This document shows, one piece after another, positions 7,001 to 12,897 of a stretch of DNA of 12,897 nt; position 1 is the first letter of the stretch, and every line of letters starts with the position of its first letter. The notes under the pieces were generated by a model. That model saw nothing but the letters and a program-made list of their open reading frames with translations. It ran no database searches and was not told the origin of the DNA. Position numbers and translations under genes: made by a program. The DNA is from an uncultured Oligoflexus sp. (GTDB lineage Bacteria > Bdellovibrionota_B > Oligoflexia > Oligoflexales > Oligoflexaceae). The stretch spans positions 2,898 to 15,794 of the forward strand of contig CAXSGP010000104.1 in assembly GCA_964236955.1 (NCBI GenBank), given 5' to 3'.

Positions 7001-7385
7001 TTGATTGTTCTGCTGATATTGAAAGTAATAGCCTCTCGATACTATCTAGTGCTCGGTATGTATCGTCCATGGAAAAAGGCTGCTGATGTGCCCAATTATT
7101 TCGAATTACTCGTATTTCGCTTACTAAAGTCCGTTCAGATCGCCCGAGGATTCTTCTAAAAACTGCATCCCAGTTATTCCACATGATTCCAAGTAGGGCC
7201 TGAACATCCAGCTCATTGCTAAGTCTTTCACGACTCCATGAGGTGTCATTCATTAATCCTTTTGCCGCTTCTGCGAGCCATTGGTCTTTGTACTGTCGCT
7301 TCATTTCCCTTTCGACGAAAAGAATCAATCCCGCTTGTAGGAGGTCCAATGCCTTTCCAACTCGCTCTCGATTTGATATCGACAT
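4074..7385 (-). CDS. Swt1-like HEPN domain fused to DUF499 family P-loop ATPase
   Basis: 1103 aa. N-terminal [10 protein letters not shown]...LDVQALL...RNNWAH (HEPN Rx4H, 7103-7086). [25 protein letters not shown]...[11 protein letters not shown] is typical of DUF499 proteins. Walker A [10 protein letters not shown], Walker B LILVDEW, and [14 protein letters not shown] GGAG lies upstream. Confidence 0.92.
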   Translation of the reverse strand: [1103 protein letters not shown]

Positions 7386-7411
7386 TTCTTCTCCGCATTC
7401 TTAAAGTTTTT

Positions 7412-10177
7412 TTAAGCAGCAATTATTATGATTTCTGACCAGGCTACGATTAAACTATTGTATGACCTTGCTTCTTCACTCCAACCTTTTTTTATGCAAA
7501 TACTGTATAGACGGTAGGCTAAGCTTCTAGATTCTTCAGCCCGAGGCCCAAGTTTTTCGACCAGCTCACCAACTGCTTCCTCACCTTTTCCTTCAAGATA
7601 TTTTACAAGGAGCTGTGTTGTGCTCCAAACAGATATCGAGTCGATGTTTTTTTCGGCAGATTTCTCAGATATTTCCTTTCTTTCAATAAGCTTTACTTTA
7701 CCGCTTTTCGCACGAATAATTTTTGCATCGGTAAGTGCAGCAACGCTTGTATTTTTTGCTCTCGCAAGATTATCGGCTTCTCCAAAAGAATTTTCTTCAA
7801 ATCCATACTGGGAAAACCAGTTAATGGCCCATAGTGTTTCCGTGTCGAAAGAAGTAACCTCGTCTCCGAGAGTCGCGTCCAAAACCTTGTTTATTTCGAA
7901 GAGAGCTTCTCGGATTGAAAGAGGACGTCCGTCGGAACTGATAACAGATTGATGTTTTGAAAAAACTGCCATCCCAGGACCGATTACGGCCTGAGCCATG
8001 TCTACCGGGGAAATTCCCAGGTTCACTAAATTCGAAACCGAATACTTAATTTCTTTTCGAAGCTCTATTAAAAAATCACGCTTCACACTTGTGCCGGCTT
8101 CCTTCGGACGAGGGCGGCAAGTTAGAACTATGTATGACGCTAATGCATTCGAATTCATCGCACGAAGTCGCCATTTTTGCGACGCTCTTAATGGCCAAGT
8201 TGCAGTGATCATAAAACCTGTAGAAATCAAGGCTTCTAAAAGAGTTTCCCAGCCTGTCGTCAAGGTGATTTTATTATCTTTCACCTCGTCTTCTTCACCC
8301 ATATCATCATCTTGCTTGAATGCGTAGTACACGGTCATCGGAAACCGTGAGTCCACCTTTTCTCTCAGCTTTGTGAAAACTCTTTTGAAACCAGATTCAA
8401 AATGATTTCTTGCTGCTTCTTTGGCAAGGCGCGGGTCCTCGAAGCGTTCAGGCGCTGCGATCAATTCAAGCGTCTTGGGAGTCAAAACTGTACTAAACAG
8501 CTTAGGGTAAATATTAATGAGGGTGCGACGAAGCCAGATGTAGAAAAAATCTGATAGATCTGAATACCCGATGTTATCGTAATAGGGTGGGTCGGTGCTT
8601 ACCAAGATGGGGCCGTCTATTTTTAAATCAGCGGCTGCATCTCCCTGAAGTACGACACCGGGAGTATTTGACCCAAGCTGAGTTGCCTCAATTGACTGAG
8701 CAGTTATCTCAACTGCATTCGTCCAACAAATCGATCGATCACCAAGTGTGTTACCTTCTGTAAAATCCCAAACCATCGGAACTTTTGCGCCCGTGAAAAG
8801 GTGCATCTGCTGTTCACCGCTTGGCTTCCACGTAGACAACGAACAATTAAAATCCGCGATTCTGCTTATTGAGAACGCAAGGAATGTTACAATTGCATCA
8901 GCATATGACTGAGGATCTGTTGAGATCAGTTCAATCGATTTTACCTTTTTCATACTCGCATTATGTATGTCTTTTAAAATTCGTTCACGTACACTGATTA
9001 CAAGATCGCTTAAAACCTCAAGTGTTCGGAGTTGGCGCGCCGTAAAGAGGTCTCGATGTCTTTTAAATCCGTACCCTTGGACACGGAAACCGAGTGCTTT
9101 CGGAGGAAGGTCAGTGTCGGGAACTTTATCTGGTTTTGCTTCCATCGCGGCATCTTCCTGATGTTTATTGGCCCCCAGGTAGGTCCGCCCTTTTTCGCCT
9201 TCAACAGAAAGAGCTAGTAGTGTTGTGCCAAGTTTTCCAAGGTTACCTTGTTCTCTAATGTGAGGAAGGGATATCGGCTGACGACAGAACAGGCATTTAC
9301 CTCCTGTTCTTCCTATAGTTCCTTCATGTGGAGTTCCCTCGCCATTCTGTATGGAATATTTTACTCGTTTCGAGACGATGGTTGGCTGAATCCAAATTTT
9401 TTTCTTTGGTTTTGCACAAAGCATAAAGGATCGCACCAAAGGAGAAGTCAATCTACAAGCAGGATTTGGACATTCTACGGTTCGCGCCCAGTGCCATGTG
9501 ATTACGTTGACGTCTTTCTTCGATCCATCCTTTGTAACTATTTTTTCAGTCGGGTAAAGGTTACCAATGATTTTTCTAGCTTGATCAAGAATAACTGCGC
9601 CGTAAAATCTCGTGTCTTCAGCAAGTCCTTGCCCGCCAGTCCATTCAAGCTTTGCAGATTTTTTAGGGTCACTAATGGGCGCGCAATTTACATATCTCGG
9701 AATTATTTCAACTTGAGCTTTGCTTTTCAGAACTGCTACAGGATTCAAATCAATGCCCACAACATTTAAACCAAGACGTACGGCTTCCAATGGAATGCTC
9801 CCTCCTCCGGAGAAGGGGTCCACAATAGTTGGCGGGGTGGCACCAAAATTGTTGGCAATTTCATTCTTTACGGCCGCGTAAAGTTCGGTATCTTCCACCC
9901 TGCTTCGATCCATAAGTCCAGTCATTAGCTCGAACAATCTTGATCTTTCGCTGTTCTGGACATTAGAGGATTTCTTTGAGAAACCATCTGAGGTGCTAGG
10001 GTCATCAACGATTGAGGCAAATAAGATTGCTCTTGCACATGGAAGAGGAAGGGGAGCCCACCAATGATGCATTCCTTTCGGATGCGCCCCAATTCCTGGC
10101 ATCTTGTCATATGCTGAGGCATCATTAATTTCGGCAAGAGGTAATGCTACTTCAATCAATTTTTTTCTAGTTACCAT
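7412..10177 (-). CDS. DUF1156 family adenine-specific DNA methyltransferase
   Basis: 921 aa. N-terminal KKLIEVALPL...HHWWAPLPL (DUF1156-type). SAM-binding motif I DPFSGGGSIPLEA, Zn-ribbon CPNPAC...CLFC, catalytic motif IV TDPPYYDNIGY. The start overlaps the end of the helicase gene by 11 nt. Confidence 0.93.
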   Translation of the reverse strand: MVTRKKLIEVALPLAEINDASAYDKMPGIGAHPKGMHHWWAPLPLPCARAILFASIVDDPSTSDGFSKKSSNVQNSERSRLFELMTGLMDRSRVEDTELYAAVKNEIANNFGATPPTIVDPFSGGGSIPLEAVRLGLNVVGIDLNPVAVLKSKAQVEIIPRYVNCAPISDPKKSAKLEWTGGQGLAEDTRFYGAVILDQARKIIGNLYPTEKIVTKDGSKKDVNVITWHWARTVECPNPACRLTSPLVRSFMLCAKPKKKIWIQPTIVSKRVKYSIQNGEGTPHEGTIGRTGGKCLFCRQPISLPHIREQGNLGKLGTTLLALSVEGEKGRTYLGANKHQEDAAMEAKPDKVPDTDLPPKALGFRVQGYGFKRHRDLFTARQLRTLEVLSDLVISVRERILKDIHNASMKKVKSIELISTDPQSYADAIVTFLAFSISRIADFNCSLSTWKPSGEQQMHLFTGAKVPMVWDFTEGNTLGDRSICWTNAVEITAQSIEATQLGSNTPGVVLQGDAAADLKIDGPILVSTDPPYYDNIGYSDLSDFFYIWLRRTLINIYPKLFSTVLTPKTLELIAAPERFEDPRLAKEAARNHFESGFKRVFTKLREKVDSRFPMTVYYAFKQDDDMGEEDEVKDNKITLTTGWETLLEALISTGFMITATWPLRASQKWRLRAMNSNALASYIVLTCRPRPKEAGTSVKRDFLIELRKEIKYSVSNLVNLGISPVDMAQAVIGPGMAVFSKHQSVISSDGRPLSIREALFEINKVLDATLGDEVTSFDTETLWAINWFSQYGFEENSFGEADNLARAKNTSVAALTDAKIIRAKSGKVKLIERKEISEKSAEKNIDSISVWSTTQLLVKYLEGKGEEAVGELVEKLGPRAEESRSLAYRLYSICIKKGWSEEARSYNSLIVAWSEIIIIAA

Positions 10178-12896
10178 GGGGATCTATTCCTTTCTCCCAG
10201 AGATGCTTAAGTGCAAAGTTTATGCTCGTGACTGCAAGGTCTGGCTCTTGATTGAAAGGAGCAAAAACATACCTTACTTTACATTCGTCTTTATCCTTAG
10301 AGTCTTCAGGGGGGACCGAAACCAATGCCAGCACGAAGTCATCTTGCTTGTTCAAGCCAGCAAGAATTTCGTTTTTTGTTACAGTGACAGTAACAGCGCC
10401 TTCTATCCTCCCTTTGACTTCGATAAATCGAAGTTTTCCAGTCTGAGTTTGACGCGATTCAATATCCCAGCCGCATTTGTCTCGGCTGACATCACGTGGT
10501 TGGTTCCCCAATGATCTTTCTGTCTCAAAAACTTTCTGCATCGCAGCAACTTCAACTCGTTTAGTTTCGCGTGCGAATAAAGTTGGATCATCACTCACTT
10601 CGCCTGCCATACGGCCGAGTAAGCGAGCCGGAACTATCAATGCACCTCCAACGACAATAGGAGGCAAAGGCGAGAGTCTTCTCTCTTGCTCAAGTTCAGC
10701 AGTCCGTCGCTTAAGTCGAACCTGTATCTCCTCCGCACGTTGTCGTGCCTTTTGTGAGTTTATTTTGGCGTTAGATTTCCCAGCCTGTTCTTCTAGACGT
10801 AACTGCTCAGAGCGATTGTCCCAGTAGACGATTTCCCTTGTTAACCGGTCCCTTACGGCAGCCATGGTTTTATCAATTAGAACTTCTTTGTTCGCACGAA
10901 CTTCTTCAAGGTGAGTGGGAACTATATTGGAAATTGCATGTTCGAGAGCCTTGGATTCTAAATCTGTATTGAGCCATTCAAAAGTTAGGATTTCCGCACA
11001 ATTTTTGATCTCTTCGGATTTTGGAGATCGATAGTCTAAATATGGAGCGTAGCCTGCGCCTGCAACCCGTCCATCACTGTAGATTTCGACGAACTCAAAT
11101 CTTCGCGATACAATCCTCCGTCCACCATTGCTTTCAACTCTCCCATCTTGAATTGAATGCTCAAGGTAAACAAGTATTCGAGGGTGTTCGTCTAAGGTCG
11201 CATCATCTACAAGTACTGCTCCTTGCTTAAGCGTATCTCGGTAGCGCTCCAAGGTTAGGTCGATCAAACTCTCTAGCAGTGGATGCCCGGGGCAGACAAA
11301 TTCTGCTATAGACCGTGAAGGCTGGTTAATTACTTCCTTATTAAAACAAATACGTTCGTAGCGTTTTAGCAAGGGGGCCTGTCGTCCAATTGATCGATCT
11401 CTTTGCCGAAGTAAAGTTGGAACATTTGATACTTCGTATCGTCCAGTTTCCCGAAGGCGGATCGCTCCTCCGAAATGATCAAATGCCTTTAGGAAGTACT
11501 GCCCTATGAAGAAGGGTTGCAGTTTTTTAGCCTCAGCGCGTTCCATTTCTTCGCGTATTTCACGCACTTTCGATGCGTCCATAGAATCGTGTGCCAGGGC
11601 TTGATCTTCCAATAGTTGACGTAAATTTGCGGTGTCAAGTTTAGAAACCACCTCGTTTAATCGGGCTCGGACTGCCGGTAAATCATTGTAGCGAATAGCG
11701 TCAATCATCAAATTGCGCAGCTCGGTGCCGGCAATTGCTTTGCCCAACACGTCAAAGACTTTGCCGCCTAATGCTTCACGTTCAATTTCTAGCTTCTTTA
11801 ATAGAGTCTGATAGACTTCACCTTCTCGGGTATTCTCTGCAACTAAATTCCAAAGATGGCAAACTTCCGTCTGGCCGATCCTGTGAATGCGGCCGAATCT
11901 TTGTTCAAGTCTATTCGGGTTCCACGGTAGATCATAATTTACCATGAGATGTGCTTGCTGCAAGTTGATCCCTTCACCAGCTGCATCGGTGGCTATAAGG
12001 ACCTCTACTTCGGGTAAGTTCTTAAATTGGTTTTGGGAAGTAAGTCGATCCTCGCGGCGCATTCCTCCGTGAATTAAGACAACGGCTTCATCATTGCCAA
12101 GAAGTCCTCTTAGGTTTGCAGTTAGATAATCAAGAGTGTCCCGCATTTCTGTAAATATAACCAGTTTGCGTCGGCGAGAAGATGATCTATCAAACATTTC
12201 CTCGTTTTCTTGTAGCAACTTTGAAAGCTCTTCCCACTTTCGATCGGTACGGGTTGCAACGACTCGATGAGCGATAGTCTCTAAACTCTTAAGCGTCAAA
12301 ATTTCTGTCCGAAGCTCTTCAATTGTACTTGCCGCACTGGCTCGATCGACAATTTCTTCTTCGATTCTTTCGCGCTCGTCTCCTGGAGCATCTTCAAGGT
12401 CTTCAACATCATCCCAGGACGTGACAGCTAAGCCGATGCTTAGCGATACAGAGATATCCCTTCCATGCTTAAGTAGTTCTTCTTCGCGAAGCATAGATTC
12501 AAGTCTTTCCCGCCTTCTTTTCAGAGACTGATATATTGCGAATGGCGACGATGCGAGACGCCTTTGCAAAATGGTCAAAGCAAATCCTACGGTTCCTTTC
12601 CGGCCGTCTCCAGAAAGCTTTTCGGCACGATTAAATTCTTCACGAACATATGTGGTTACTTTTTCGTACAGCACTGCTTCGACGTCGGACAACGGGTATG
12701 TGACTGTATATGCACGACGTTCAGGAAATAGAGGAGTGCCATCAAATTTCAGGAGATCTTCTTTGGTCATGCGGCGCATCATATCGGAAACGTCCGAAAC
12801 ATGGGCGCCTTCCCGATATCGACCTTCAAATCGATCTCCGTCAAGCAGTCCCATAAATAACTGGAAAGCCTCCTCTTTGCCATTATGGGGTGTTGC
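10167..12896 (-). CDS. SNF2-family helicase with C-terminal DUF3883 (PD-(D/E)xK) nuclease domain, 5'-truncated by the window edge
   Basis: The frame stays open beyond ATG12854 to the edge, reading ATPHNGKEEAFQLF (motif III, TATPH-type), so the true start is outside the window. Motif IV LVIFTEMRDT, motif V ATDAAGEGINLQ, motif VI NRLEQRFGRIHRIGQ. C-terminal GWDIES...RFIEVKGR. Confidence 0.93.
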   Translation of the reverse strand, partial: ATPHNGKEEAFQLFMGLLDGDRFEGRYREGAHVSDVSDMMRRMTKEDLLKFDGTPLFPERRAYTVTYPLSDVEAVLYEKVTTYVREEFNRAEKLSGDGRKGTVGFALTILQRRLASSPFAIYQSLKRRRERLESMLREEELLKHGRDISVSLSIGLAVTSWDDVEDLEDAPGDERERIEEEIVDRASAASTIEELRTEILTLKSLETIAHRVVATRTDRKWEELSKLLQENEEMFDRSSSRRRKLVIFTEMRDTLDYLTANLRGLLGNDEAVVLIHGGMRREDRLTSQNQFKNLPEVEVLIATDAAGEGINLQQAHLMVNYDLPWNPNRLEQRFGRIHRIGQTEVCHLWNLVAENTREGEVYQTLLKKLEIEREALGGKVFDVLGKAIAGTELRNLMIDAIRYNDLPAVRARLNEVVSKLDTANLRQLLEDQALAHDSMDASKVREIREEMERAEAKKLQPFFIGQYFLKAFDHFGGAIRLRETGRYEVSNVPTLLRQRDRSIGRQAPLLKRYERICFNKEVINQPSRSIAEFVCPGHPLLESLIDLTLERYRDTLKQGAVLVDDATLDEHPRILVYLEHSIQDGRVESNGGRRIVSRRFEFVEIYSDGRVAGAGYAPYLDYRSPKSEEIKNCAEILTFEWLNTDLESKALEHAISNIVPTHLEEVRANKEVLIDKTMAAVRDRLTREIVYWDNRSEQLRLEEQAGKSNAKINSQKARQRAEEIQVRLKRRTAELEQERRLSPLPPIVVGGALIVPARLLGRMAGEVSDDPTLFARETKRVEVAAMQKVFETERSLGNQPRDVSRDKCGWDIESRQTQTGKLRFIEVKGRIEGAVTVTVTKNEILAGLNKQDDFVLALVSVPPEDSKDKDECKVRYVFAPFNQEPDLAVTSINFALKHLWEKGIDPHGN

Positions 12897-12897
12897 A

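Noticed and set aside
9248..9769. 173-aa plus-strand ORF and the other short ORFs within the defence genes
   Set aside because: They overlap well-supported genes and show no recognisable motifs.
12852..12854. ATG12854 as the helicase start
   Set aside because: The upstream frame encodes helicase motif III and motifs I-II are missing, so the gene is cut by the window edge and is not a pseudogene.
4074..12896. Calling the operon BREX, DISARM or classical type III R-M
   Set aside because: No PglZ, DrmA/DrmB or standard Mod/Res signatures are visible; the motifs fit DUF499, DUF1156 and SNF2-DUF3883.

Overview
The window has two convergent blocks. Left (1-3765, + strand) is a plasmid/phage-satellite-like backbone of three genes: (i) a 5'-truncated winged-helix protein whose reading frame runs through a 36-bp tandem repeat at the window edge followed by an AT-rich tract (iteron/origin-in-gene layout); (ii) a 381-aa four-TM membrane protein with a basic N-terminus, whose own coding sequence carries at least seven GACG-N5-8-CGTC palindromes and whose leader looks like a SymR/symE-type antisense-controlled 5'UTR; (iii) a 622-aa replicase-like protein with AEP primase-like motifs, an HTH and a PriCT-1-like domain. 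Right (4074 to the window end, - strand) is a three-gene restriction-like defence operon: SNF2 helicase-DUF3883 nuclease (5'-truncated), DUF1156 adenine methyltransferase, and a Swt1-like HEPN-DUF499 ATPase. The defence operon belongs to a known family. The most unusual signal is the putatively antisense-regulated membrane protein gene with an embedded palindromic site array, lying between two replication-type genes. All domain calls come from motif recognition by eye; no searches were run.
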